Shown here one piece after another: positions 27,392 to 36,564 of a stretch of 41,045 nucleotides of DNA (the first letter of the stretch is position 1; each line of letters starts with the position of its first letter). This stretch comes from Gemmatimonadota bacterium (lineage in GTDB: Bacteria; Gemmatimonadota; Gemmatimonadetes; Gemmatimonadales; GWC2-71-9), in NCBI GenBank assembly GCA_036679605.1, contig JAZDCZ010000121.1, positions 1 through 41,045 of the forward strand, in the 5' to 3' direction. Made by a program: the position numbers and the translations under genes. The notes beneath the pieces were generated by a model that searched no databases, was not told where the DNA came from, and was given only the letters and a program-made list of their open reading frames with translations.

Positions 27392-29386
27392 ATGGCAATC
27401 AGTACCTGGTTTCGCCCTCCACGACATCTCCTGATCCTCTTCCTCGGGATCATGGGTATCCTGGCGTCTGCGCTTGGGTGGCTGGGCTGGCGCCTGCTAC
27501 AGCAGGATCGGGCGCTGGCGGACCAGCAAGTCCGGGCGAGGCTCGAGGCGGCGGCCGATGCAGTCACCGTGGAGTTGAACCGGCACATTTCGGATGTCGA
27601 AGAAACACTTACCAGGCTCGCGCTGCTCTCCACTCAGGAACTGCCAGTTCAAATCGCGAAGCCTGCGACGGATCTGGAGGACGGTGCGATGTTCGCGGTG
27701 CTCGACGGAGATGGTGTCGATGCGTTCCCACGCGATCGCCTGCTATACTATCCGTCGCTCCGCGCCGCGGCGGAACCCCCACCGACGGTGTTCGCTCGAG
27801 GAGAATCGCTCGAGTTCCGGCGGCGCGACTACCCGGGAGCGATCCGGGCGTATCGCACCCTTGCCCAGTCGGCCGATTCCGCGACGCGAGCAGGCGGGCT
27901 GCTCAGGCTTGGTCGAGTGCTACGCAAGGCGAACCAGCATGAGTCCGCGCTTTCTGTGTACGCCGACCTCGCTCAGATGGGTCGCCTGCTGGTGAGCGGT
28001 TTACCTGCGGGACTGATTGGCGGCTATGGACGCCTGGAGGTGCTCCATCAACTCGGTCGGGAAGAGGAACTGCAGGAAGAGGCGTCGGGGTTCCGCTCAG
28101 CGTTGGCCGCAGGCGAATGGCCGATAACACGTGCTACCTATGAGTTCTACACAGCGGACCTCGAGCGTCTCCTCCCTCCCGGTGGGCAGATAGCGAGCGC
28201 GCCAGACCGATACTCGTTCGGACTCGCGGACGGGGTGGAGTCTCTGTGGCAGATGGGGAACTTGGCCGTGCAGGGCGATCGTCGCGACGGGCGTCGCACG
28301 GTGTTTGCTAGGGAACAGTCGGCTCTTCTCGTCTGGCGTGGCGGGCCGGAGCGTCTCGTCGCATTCGTCGCGTCCGATGAATTCCTGGAATCCGTTTGGC
28401 TTGGTGAATTCACACAGACGTTGGCGCAACAGGGCATGACGCTCGCACTCTCGGATGCTGCAGGCAACACAGTGTTCGCGCCGTTCGACGGTGATGCGAC
28501 GCACGAGATCATCCGTGTGGCCGCGCAGACCGGACTGCCCTGGAACCTGCATGTTGCCAGCGTCGATCCTAGTGTCGTGCTCGCTGACCTCGAAGGCCGT
28601 CGCCGCCTCATGCTGGCGGGCGCTATCACCGTGACGCTCTTGATTCTCTTCGGTGGGTACGCCGTCACGCGGGCGGTCAGGCGTGAGACGGAGGTGGCGC
28701 GTCTGCAGTCGGAGTTCGTGTCGGCGGTCTCACACGAGTTTCGCACGCCGTTGACGTCGATGCGTCAGCTCACCGAGATGCTCTCGAGCGATCGAGTTCC
28801 GAGTGAAGAGCGGCGAGCCGAGTATTATGCGGTGATCAGACAGGAGAGCGAGCGGCTGCATCGGCTGGTCGAGGGGCTGCTCGACTTCGGGCGCATGGAG
28901 GCCGGAGCACTCGAGTTCATCAAGGAGCCGTTGAGCATTGACGATCTCGTGAATGAGGTCGTCGACGAATTCCGCGCCGAGCGCGGTGTTGACGGAAGTA
29001 TCATTGCAGACGGAGCCGACGGTGGAATGACGGTACACGCCGACCGAGAAGCGTTGGGCCGCGCCCTGTGGAACCTGCTGGACAACGCCGTAAAGTACTC
29101 GCCCGAGAGTGCCGTCGTCCACGTGGATGTCGCGGCGAACGGCGATGGCATCTCGGTCAGTGTGCATGACCGCGGGATCGGCATGTCACCGGAGGAACTC
29201 GACGGGATCTTCGAGAAATTCGTGCGCGGTAAGGCGTCGCGCTCGTTGAGCGTCAAGGGCACGGGTATCGGCCTGGCTATGGTGCGGCACATCGTTGAGG
29301 CGCACGACGGCGATGTGGGCGTCGAGAGCGTCTTGGGCGAAGGAAGTACATTCACCATCCTGTTGCCGACCGAGAAAAGGAAATGA
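27392..29386 (+). CDS. Sensor histidine kinase with TPR-like extracytoplasmic domain
   Basis: Two TMs; SAVSHEFRTPLT, NLLDNAVKYS, DRGIG and GTGIGL boxes. Confidence 0.95.
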   Translation: MAISTWFRPPRHLLILFLGIMGILASALGWLGWRLLQQDRALADQQVRARLEAAADAVTVELNRHISDVEETLTRLALLSTQELPVQIAKPATDLEDGAMFAVLDGDGVDAFPRDRLLYYPSLRAAAEPPPTVFARGESLEFRRRDYPGAIRAYRTLAQSADSATRAGGLLRLGRVLRKANQHESALSVYADLAQMGRLLVSGLPAGLIGGYGRLEVLHQLGREEELQEEASGFRSALAAGEWPITRATYEFYTADLERLLPPGGQIASAPDRYSFGLADGVESLWQMGNLAVQGDRRDGRRTVFAREQSALLVWRGGPERLVAFVASDEFLESVWLGEFTQTLAQQGMTLALSDAAGNTVFAPFDGDATHEIIRVAAQTGLPWNLHVASVDPSVVLADLEGRRRLMLAGAITVTLLILFGGYAVTRAVRRETEVARLQSEFVSAVSHEFRTPLTSMRQLTEMLSSDRVPSEERRAEYYAVIRQESERLHRLVEGLLDFGRMEAGALEFIKEPLSIDDLVNEVVDEFRAERGVDGSIIADGADGGMTVHADREALGRALWNLLDNAVKYSPESAVVHVDVAANGDGISVSVHDRGIGMSPEELDGIFEKFVRGKASRSLSVKGTGIGLAMVRHIVEAHDGDVGVESVLGEGSTFTILLPTEKRK

Positions 29387-30057
29387 CACGCATCCTTGTG
29401 GTGGAAGACGAGCCGGGCATTGCCCTCGGCCTGGAGGACGACCTCACGCTCGAGGGCTACGAGGTGGTTGTCGTGCGCGACGGCGAGTCGGGTGTCGCGC
29501 GTGCGAAGCAGGGAGGCTTCGATGTGATCCTGCTCGACGTGATGCTCCCTAAGAAAGACGGCTTCGAGGTGTGTCGCGAACTGAGGAGGGGCGGCATCGA
29601 GACCCCGATCATCATGCTTACGGCCAAGACCCGTGACGCCGAGAAGGTGATGGGACTGGAACTCGGCGCCGACGACTACGTAACGAAGCCGTTCAGTCCG
29701 GCCGAGTTGCGCGCCAGGATCAAGGCCGTACTACGGCGGGCCGCTAGCAACGCGCCGGACGTGGCACGCTTCGGTGACGTCGAGGCTGATTTTACCAGGT
29801 TCGAACTACGGCGAGGTGGTGAGGTGGTGCACGTGACACCGCTCGAGCTGAAGCTATTGGCTGCATTCGTGCGCCATACGGGTGAGGTGCTGAGCCGCGC
29901 ACGGTTGACGGACTTGGTGTGGGGGTCCGGTACAGCAATGACCGACCGTGTGGTCGATACGCACGTCGCAAACCTGAGGAAGAAGATCGAGCCCGATCCC
30001 GCTCACCCACGTTATCTCATTGGCGTGCGTGGCGCGGGGTATCGTTTTGATGGTTGA
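29383..30057 (+). CDS. OmpR/PhoB family response regulator
   Basis: ILVVEDE, LLDVMLP, GADDYVTKPF, VDTHVANLRKKIE and VRGAGYRF. Confidence 0.96.
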   Translation: MTRILVVEDEPGIALGLEDDLTLEGYEVVVVRDGESGVARAKQGGFDVILLDVMLPKKDGFEVCRELRRGGIETPIIMLTAKTRDAEKVMGLELGADDYVTKPFSPAELRARIKAVLRRAASNAPDVARFGDVEADFTRFELRRGGEVVHVTPLELKLLAAFVRHTGEVLSRARLTDLVWGSGTAMTDRVVDTHVANLRKKIEPDPAHPRYLIGVRGAGYRFDG

Positions 30058-30082
30058 GAAAAGTGTACGGGCCCCGCCCGCC

Positions 30083-30111
30083 TTGATATTGTATCTCATG
30101 CGGGATACATT
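30083..30111 (+). promoter_or_regulatory. TA promoter with palindromic operator
   Basis: TTGATA-N17-TACATT with TGTATC-N8-GATACA (30090-30109) overlapping it. Confidence 0.7.
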
Positions 30112-30184
30112 GTTGAATGTACCCCAGTCTGTGCTGCGTTCTGCATAACCGACCTGGGGTCATCGGAACCGTTGGAGGTGCAAG

Positions 30185-30463
30185 ATGGCGAAGGCCGCAG
30201 CCAAGACTGCGATGATTCGAGCGAGGACCGCACCGGCGCTCAAGGCCAAGGCCGAGGCCACGCTCGAGAAGCTGGGTATGTCACCGTCTACCGCAATCAA
30301 TCTCTTCTACCGCCAGATCGTTGAACACCGCGGGTTGCCGTTCTTGGTGAAGCTGCCGAATCGGGCGACTCGGCGGGCGATGCGTGATGCCGAAAGCGGG
30401 CGTGACATGACTCGGGCGAAGACGATCGAGGATTTGATTACGAAGCTCGACGCAGGCGTTTGA
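30185..30463 (+). CDS. dinJ: RelB/DinJ family antitoxin
   Basis: GGAGGT RBS; IRART...LKAKAEATLEKLGMSPSTAINLFYRQIV...LPF...PN. Confidence 0.9.
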   Translation: MAKAAAKTAMIRARTAPALKAKAEATLEKLGMSPSTAINLFYRQIVEHRGLPFLVKLPNRATRRAMRDAESGRDMTRAKTIEDLITKLDAGV

Positions 30464-30466
30464 TTC

Positions 30467-30736
30467 GTGCTCCGCCCCGCAGCGACCGCGCAATTCAAAC
30501 GCGATCGGAAGCTCATGAAAAGGCGGGGGAAGGACCTCACGAAGCTGGATGACATCATGACGATGCTCGCGCGTGAAGACTCCCTCGCGTCCAGCTACCG
30601 GGCACATAGGCTCGCTGGTGAGCATCGAGGGCACTGGGAGTGCCACATCGAGCCTGATTGGCTTCTGATCTGGTACGCCACCGACACGCACATCGTATTT
30701 GGTCGCACCGGCACGCATGCGGACCTGTTTGGTTAA
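30467..30736 (+). CDS. yafQ: YafQ family mRNA interferase toxin
   Basis: TAQFKRDRK...HRLAG...WECHIEPDWLLIW...RTGTHADLF. Confidence 0.92.
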   Translation: MLRPAATAQFKRDRKLMKRRGKDLTKLDDIMTMLAREDSLASSYRAHRLAGEHRGHWECHIEPDWLLIWYATDTHIVFGRTGTHADLFG

Positions 30737-30852
30737 TTGGCACAGCCAATAACTCACGGGTCGCTTCGCTCTCGATCCCGCTCAGCGAGCACCTCTGCCA
30801 GCGGGGCAACCGGCTACCGCACCACCGGCTCCCGATCGGTTACCGCCGACGG

Positions 30853-30993
30853 TGGAGTCCGACCACTGCGATCACGGACCGGGTGGTCGATACGCACGTC
30901 GCAAACCTGAGAAAGAAGATCGAGGCGGACGCCGTCGAGCCACGGCACATCGTCAGCGTACGGGGTGTGGGTTATCGGTTCGAGGAGTCATAG
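30853..30993 (+). pseudogene. Orphan 3' fragment of an OmpR-type response regulator
   Basis: WSPTTAITDRVVDTHVANLRKKIEADAVEPRHIVSVRGVGYRFEES*, homologous to 29920-30057. Confidence 0.9.
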
Positions 30994-31127
30994 AAGGCAA
31001 ACGGTCAAGGTTTCGCAACACAAACGACACGGTTCCCTGACTATCTCTTCTCCCGCCGTCGATCCGGGCGAGCCATCATTCTCGTACCTTGGCACCAGTA
31101 CTTGAGACCCAAGCCGAGGATAAAGCC

Positions 31128-33251
31128 ATGAAGACCAGACCAACAACATCGATGCTCGTCGTGCTGCTGTTCGCCGGCGCGCTAGCGGGCCCGTTAGCGG
31201 CCGTCCAGAGCGACGATCGGGCGCGGGTGGCGCTCCAGGCCGCCATCCACCAGGAGCTTGTCGAAGGCGATCTCGATCGCGCTATTCAACTCTACCAGGA
31301 GATCGTGGAGAACGGCGGCACAGGCCGAGCGGTGATCGCGAAGGCGCTGCTGTATCTCGGGCGTTCGTATGAGAAGCTCGGCAGCATCGAGGCGCAGCGT
31401 GCGTACGAGCGCGTCGTTCGGGACTATTCAGACCAGAGCGAGATAGCGGCGCAGGCCCGTACGAGACTGGCCGCAATGAACCGCATTGAAAAAGACGGGC
31501 GCGAGGAAGGCATCGTGGTTCGCAGGGTCTGGGCCGGCCCAGAGGTGAATTTTCTCGGCAGCGTTTCACCTGACGGACGCTACCTGACTGCTGGGGCCAC
31601 AGGCGGCGACCTGATTATTCGCGATATTGCAGCGGGCGAGAACCGGTCCCTTACGGGCAAGACAAGTTGGCTGAGTTCCAGTGAATACGCATGGAGCTCC
31701 ATTTTTTCTCCGGATGGGGAGCAGGTGGCTTATACCTGGTTTTCCATGGAGAGGTACCCCGAGACCGGTGGCTTGAGCTACGAGTTGCGAATCATCAACC
31801 GCGACGGGTCCGGAATGCGACGGCTCTACCGGAACGAAGAAACTGTCTATCTCGAGCCGCATGGGTGGACCCCGGACGGCGCCCAAGTCCTCCTGCTCTT
31901 TCAGAATCGCGACAACACCTACCAGATTGCCCTGGTGTCGGCCGAGGATGGGTCCGCCCAAGTCCTGAGGACGTTCGACTGGCGGCGGCCGCGGCGCATG
32001 AGCCTTTCGCCGGATGGAAAGTACATCGTCTATGACTTTCCACCGCGTGAGGACTCCTCGAAGCGGGACATCTTCCTGCTGGCAGCCGATGGCACCAGGG
32101 AAGTTCCCTTAGTTAGGCACGCCGCGAACGATTTGAACCCCGTCTGGACTCCCGACGGCAACCGCGTCCTGTTTTTTAGCGATCGGACAGGCCGGATGGG
32201 ATTGTGGGCTCTCAAGGTCGCTGCCGACGGTGCGGTCGGATCTGCGCAGCTCGTTAAGTCGGACATCGGACAAGGGAGCTCGCTCGGCTTCTCGCCCGAG
32301 GGAGGTCTTTATTACGGAGTGGGCATCGGCGAGCGCAACATTTACATGGCCACCCTGGAACCCGCGACCGCTAGTCTTCTCTCCCAGCCGGTGCCGGCCG
32401 CGGAAACATATATGGGGGCCAATAGTGCACCGGAATGGTCTCCAGATGGCAAGTCGTTTGCCTACATTTCCCAGCGAAGCCGGGAGCAGTCTGTGGTGGT
32501 GATCCGGAATCTGCAAACCGGTGCCCAGCGGGAGTTCACGCCGGACATGAAGATCAAGCTTAGCCGAGCGCTCCCCCGGCGGCGTCTCCGCTGGTCGCCC
32601 GACGGAAGCACGCTACTCGCGTTTGGCCAAAGCCGGAAGGGCGGGGAAGGAGGTCTCTACCGGATTGACGTTGAAACGGAGGCAGTCTCTTTTGAGGGTC
32701 CCGCGAAATATGCTGAATGGTCGCCTGACGGGAAGGGGTTCTTCTACCGCGGCTCAGGCCCCGAGAAAAATTCCCTTTTTTACCGCAGTCTCGAGACCGG
32801 CCGCACCCGGGAGATTCATCGTGTACGTCCTCCAGATCATTTGGGTGCCTTCATAGTTTCACCTGACGGCAGGCAGATCGTAATCCACGAAGGAGGGGAG
32901 AATGGACCTGTGCTGAAGGTGATCCCCGCGGAGGGCGGCGAACCCCGTGAGCTATACCGGGGACCTCACTCCGAAAACGCTCTAGCTTGGACACCGGACG
33001 GCCGCCACATTCTGTTCGGTTCGCCTGACCTTGCAACGGACCCCGACGCGGGCACCATGGAGCTTTGGCGTATCCCGGTCTCCGGTGGCTCACCCGAGAG
33101 AGTCGGCTTGGCGAAGGAGGGCCGATTCCACGACCTCCGTATTTCGCCCGACGGGAGACGGCTGGCCTTCACCGCTGAGGAGCCAAGCAAGGAAGTCTGG
33201 GTGCTGGAGAAATTTCTGCCCAAGACAGAGGTCGGGCAGGGGCACAGGTAG
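31128..33251 (+). CDS. Secreted TPR + TolB-like (PD40) beta-propeller protein
   Basis: GAGG RBS; signal peptide; GDLDRAIQLYQ TPR; many (W/F)SPDG repeats. Confidence 0.9.
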   Translation: MKTRPTTSMLVVLLFAGALAGPLAAVQSDDRARVALQAAIHQELVEGDLDRAIQLYQEIVENGGTGRAVIAKALLYLGRSYEKLGSIEAQRAYERVVRDYSDQSEIAAQARTRLAAMNRIEKDGREEGIVVRRVWAGPEVNFLGSVSPDGRYLTAGATGGDLIIRDIAAGENRSLTGKTSWLSSSEYAWSSIFSPDGEQVAYTWFSMERYPETGGLSYELRIINRDGSGMRRLYRNEETVYLEPHGWTPDGAQVLLLFQNRDNTYQIALVSAEDGSAQVLRTFDWRRPRRMSLSPDGKYIVYDFPPREDSSKRDIFLLAADGTREVPLVRHAANDLNPVWTPDGNRVLFFSDRTGRMGLWALKVAADGAVGSAQLVKSDIGQGSSLGFSPEGGLYYGVGIGERNIYMATLEPATASLLSQPVPAAETYMGANSAPEWSPDGKSFAYISQRSREQSVVVIRNLQTGAQREFTPDMKIKLSRALPRRRLRWSPDGSTLLAFGQSRKGGEGGLYRIDVETEAVSFEGPAKYAEWSPDGKGFFYRGSGPEKNSLFYRSLETGRTREIHRVRPPDHLGAFIVSPDGRQIVIHEGGENGPVLKVIPAEGGEPRELYRGPHSENALAWTPDGRHILFGSPDLATDPDAGTMELWRIPVSGGSPERVGLAKEGRFHDLRISPDGRRLAFTAEEPSKEVWVLEKFLPKTEVGQGHR

Positions 33252-33305
33252 TTTTCTGGGGGCGGGGCGGCTCCCAGGCTTAGTTATTCTAGAAAACGAG
33301 GCGTT

Positions 33306-34349
33306 GTGCAGAGACCAGGAACGATTGTTGTGTTGAGCTTGTTAGCCGCAGGGTCAGCGGCGGCGGCGCAGTCGCCGGACTCTAGTCCGGTCATTCGGCC
33401 CAGCATTCCGCGGGGCCTTGACCTCTACATGCCGGTGCCGGAGGACAATCCTCTCACCGAAGAGAAGGTCGCGCTGGGCCGGCGGCTTTTCTTCGACCCC
33501 ATCCTCTCGCGCGACTACACCCTCTCGTGCGGGTCCTGCCACGATCCGCGCCGCGTCTTTACCGACGGGCTGGCCGTGGCCGTGGGCATTGAGAGCCGCC
33601 AGGGGACGCGCAACTCCCCTGCTTTACTCAACCGCGCCTGGGGCAAAGCGCAGTTCTGGGACGGCCGCGCCGCCTCGCTCGAAGAGCAGGCCCTGCAACC
33701 CATCGAGAACCCAGACGAGTTCAACATGACGCTGGACGAGGTCCTCGCGCGTTTGCAAAACCATCACCAGTACGCCGAATGGTTCCGGGCCGTGTTCGCG
33801 CGCGAGGTCAACAGCAAAGACCTGGGCCGCGCCATCGCCAGCTACGTCCGCACGATTCTTTCGGGTGACGCCCCCATTGACCGCTACCTGAACGGCGACC
33901 GCCAGGCGCTCAGCGAACAGGCGCGCGCAGGACTGCGGTTGTTTCGCGGCCGGGCCAACTGCACCGCCTGCCATCTGGGTCCCACCTTCACCGATGGGCA
34001 GTTTCACAACACCGGCGTGGCCTTCCGGGATGGCAAGCTAACCGACGAGGGCCGCTTCACCGTGACCGGCAAGGAAAAGGACCGCGGCGCTTTTAAGACG
34101 CCCACGCTGCGCCACGTGGCCCAGACCGCTCCTTATATGCACGACGGCAGCCTGGCGACCTTGGAAGACGTGATCGAGTTCTACGATCGGGGCGGGAACG
34201 CAAATCCGTATCAAGATCCTACGCTGCGGGCATTGAATCTCACTGCCGAGGAGAAGGCGGCGCTGGGGGCGTTTCTCAGGTCGCTGAGTGGGGAGATTCG
34301 AGAGGGGTTGTTGGGCGCATCGAGAGCCAAGCCTTCCGACATCCCGTGA
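33306..34349 (+). CDS. Di-heme cytochrome c peroxidase/MauG family protein
   Basis: LGRRLFFDP, CGSCH, QFWDGRA, CTACH, FKTPTLR and APYMHDG. Confidence 0.93.
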   Translation: MQRPGTIVVLSLLAAGSAAAAQSPDSSPVIRPSIPRGLDLYMPVPEDNPLTEEKVALGRRLFFDPILSRDYTLSCGSCHDPRRVFTDGLAVAVGIESRQGTRNSPALLNRAWGKAQFWDGRAASLEEQALQPIENPDEFNMTLDEVLARLQNHHQYAEWFRAVFAREVNSKDLGRAIASYVRTILSGDAPIDRYLNGDRQALSEQARAGLRLFRGRANCTACHLGPTFTDGQFHNTGVAFRDGKLTDEGRFTVTGKEKDRGAFKTPTLRHVAQTAPYMHDGSLATLEDVIEFYDRGGNANPYQDPTLRALNLTAEEKAALGAFLRSLSGEIREGLLGASRAKPSDIP

Positions 34350-34986
34350 CACTTCCTTCACCGGCGGGCGTAGCTTGTGCGAACCGCTTGTAGCTTGTCA
34401 TCCAACGGACTGCGGCTCGTAATTCCCCCCCCCGGTCGCTGACTACCGCCACGCACTACCCCTACATCGACATGGTCGGTGAGCGGGTCGGCGTGGTGGT
34501 AGGCGGAAACGGGAAAGGCGCAAAATCGTCTGACGAAATAGGACGGCTCGGAGCCGAAATGATTTGCACCGAAGAAAGGCCTACGTCGCTTCCCCGGGGA
34601 CTGTTCTCGGCCAAGATCGTCAGGCGATAGAAAATTGCATCTGGCGGGTCGTGCGTCGCGGATCCGGGTGCTACGGCCGGCTCTCTCGCTCAATTTGGGG
34701 AACTGATCCCAGTTCACCCGCGATCTCACCGCGTGCGGTGGGCCCCGCCCGAAGACACGTCGACGGTGAGCGACGCCGTCACCAGCCAGAGTTTCAGCCG
34801 TTTCATGCGATAACCTTCCCTTCCGAGTGGGTTTGAGGCGCCGTGCTTCCGACGCGAGTGCACCCTACCCAGCCAGCGTCAAACCGATGGTGCCCAGCCG
34901 AGTCGCCTACACCTCGACAACGGGCATTTCCTGGTTGATATTGTCGAAGTTCCAGTGATCACGCCGGCCCGTGAGAGGGGGTCGTA

Positions 34987-35889
34987 ATGGCAGCGAACGA
35001 CATGAACTTTTACCCGGATGCGGTGCCCACCGAGCCTCGAGACCAGGATGTGGATGCGTACGGGCTTACACATACTGGGCTGGTTCGGCCGCATAACGAG
35101 GACCACTTCTTTCTGGGGGCGTTGTCCCGGGAGGGGCTGGTGGACCGCACCAGTCTGCCGTCCGACGAGCAGCCGCCGGCTGGTGAGGGGCCCATCGTAG
35201 ATCCTGAGCGGATGGTTTCCCTCGCCATCGTCGCCGATGGAGTGGGGAGTGGAGGTGGAGGAGAGGAGGCGAGCCGCCTGGCGGTGAGGGTCACGGTGGA
35301 GCACGTGCAGCAGGGCTTTAAGGCCGCGCACAAATTAGAAAGCGCCGACCCCGAGGCGTTCACTAGACTGCTCTCGGATGCAGCATTGGCGTGCCACGAA
35401 ACTTTGCGGGAGCGCGCAGAATCGGGGAAGGGGCCACGCTTCGCCACGACACTAACCTTGTGGTTGGGCCTGTGGCCGCACGGTTACCTGCTCCAGGTTG
35501 GGGATAGCCGCTGCTACATGTTCAGGAACGGACAGCTCACGCAGATATCCCGTGACCAGACGATGGCTCAAGAGTTGGTCGACCAGGGCGTGCTGACACA
35601 GACGAGGGCGCACAGTACGAGATGGGCACACGTACTTTCGAGTGCCATTGGCGGTCAGCAGCACGCACCCGTCGTCACCAGAATTGTCCGAGAGTGGGGA
35701 ACGATAATGCTGCTCTGCAGCGACGGCCTCAACAAACACGTCACTGACGAGCGGATCGCGGAACACCTTGCCAACCTCAAGAGTTCTCAACAGGTGTGCG
35801 AGGACCTATTGCAAGAGGCCCTAGATGACGGGGGCAGCGACAACATCACCCTCATAGTAGGACGTACAGTCAAACCCGTGCGCACGTGA
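34987..35889 (+). CDS. PP2C family protein Ser/Thr phosphatase
   Basis: THTGLVRPHNED, VADGVG, ATTLT, VGDSRCY, LLCSDGL and GGSDNIT. Confidence 0.94.
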   Translation: MAANDMNFYPDAVPTEPRDQDVDAYGLTHTGLVRPHNEDHFFLGALSREGLVDRTSLPSDEQPPAGEGPIVDPERMVSLAIVADGVGSGGGGEEASRLAVRVTVEHVQQGFKAAHKLESADPEAFTRLLSDAALACHETLRERAESGKGPRFATTLTLWLGLWPHGYLLQVGDSRCYMFRNGQLTQISRDQTMAQELVDQGVLTQTRAHSTRWAHVLSSAIGGQQHAPVVTRIVREWGTIMLLCSDGLNKHVTDERIAEHLANLKSSQQVCEDLLQEALDDGGSDNITLIVGRTVKPVRT

Positions 35890-35907
35890 ATAAAGGAGAT
35901 CAACTGA

Positions 35908-36552
35908 ATGGGCCTGACAGAACAGCTTGAGAAAATTCGTGACGGTGCAGCCGACCGCATCCCAGCAGACAGCATGGCCATTATGCACAGAGCTACCGAG
36001 GACCTTCGTGCATCAGGGATCGTGGACCGCGTCCTCAAAGTCGGCGACAGCATGCCGGGGTTCAACCTCGAGAACACACGCGGCGAAACGGTGAACTCTG
36101 TGGACCTTCTGGCAAAGGGACCTCTCGTTGTGAGTTTCTTTCGTGGCAAGTGGTGACCCTACTGCAATGCAGAGCTGTATGCTCTGGGGCAAGCCGCTGG
36201 TCAATTCGAAGAACTGGGTGCGACGCTGCTCCTAATCACGCCGCAAAAACCCGAGCACAGCAGCGCGATGATCGAACAGCACAAGCTAACCTTTGATATC
36301 CTGTGGGATCGCAACAACGAACTGGCCAAACAATTCGGCCTCGCGTTCGACTTACCCGACGACCTCATCGGAGTGTACCAACAGTTTGGCATCGACCTCC
36401 CCGGCGACCAGGGAGTTGATGGATGGACGCTACCCATGCCGGGCCGATTCGTGATCGATTCCGGCGGCGTCATTCGATCTGTCGACAGTGATCCCGATTA
36501 CACGGTTCGCCCGGAGCCACAAGCTACGGTGGATTTCGTGGCGACCCTCTAG
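35908..36552 (+). CDS. Peroxiredoxin-like (AhpC/TSA) selenoprotein, Sec at TGA 36154-36156
   Basis: AAGGAG RBS. ORFs 35908-36156 and 36268-36552 share a frame with no other stop. Read-through gives FFRGKW-U-PYCNAEL (family motif FYRGxWCPYC), then LLITPQ...LPMPGRFVID; 214 aa. Confidence 0.9.
36157..36189 (+). promoter_or_regulatory. Bacterial SECIS-like hairpin
   Basis: CAGAGC (36170-36175), loop TGTAT, GCTCTG (36181-36186): a perfect 6-bp stem with a GU-containing loop starting 19 nt after the UGA. Confidence 0.7.
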
Positions 36553-36564
36553 GCACGGCTGCGT

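Noticed and set aside
29920..30993. Diversity-generating retroelement TR/VR pair (also considered for 18561/19356)
   Set aside because: No reverse transcriptase is in the window, and the regulator copies differ at non-adenine positions. The kinase-end differences are all A/G but silent, and the A-containing copy is the coding one, the opposite of TR/VR polarity.
34500..34560. c-di-GMP-I riboswitch-like words (GCAAA, GAAA, GGACG)
   Set aside because: The second conserved GCAAAGC and the P3 stem are missing, and there is no adjacent downstream gene.
36154..36156. Alternative genetic code (UGA=Trp/Gly) or simple pseudogene
   Set aside because: Many genes here end at TGA at their expected termini. 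This TGA falls exactly on the redox Cys position and has a SECIS-like hairpin. A pseudogene is not fully excluded.
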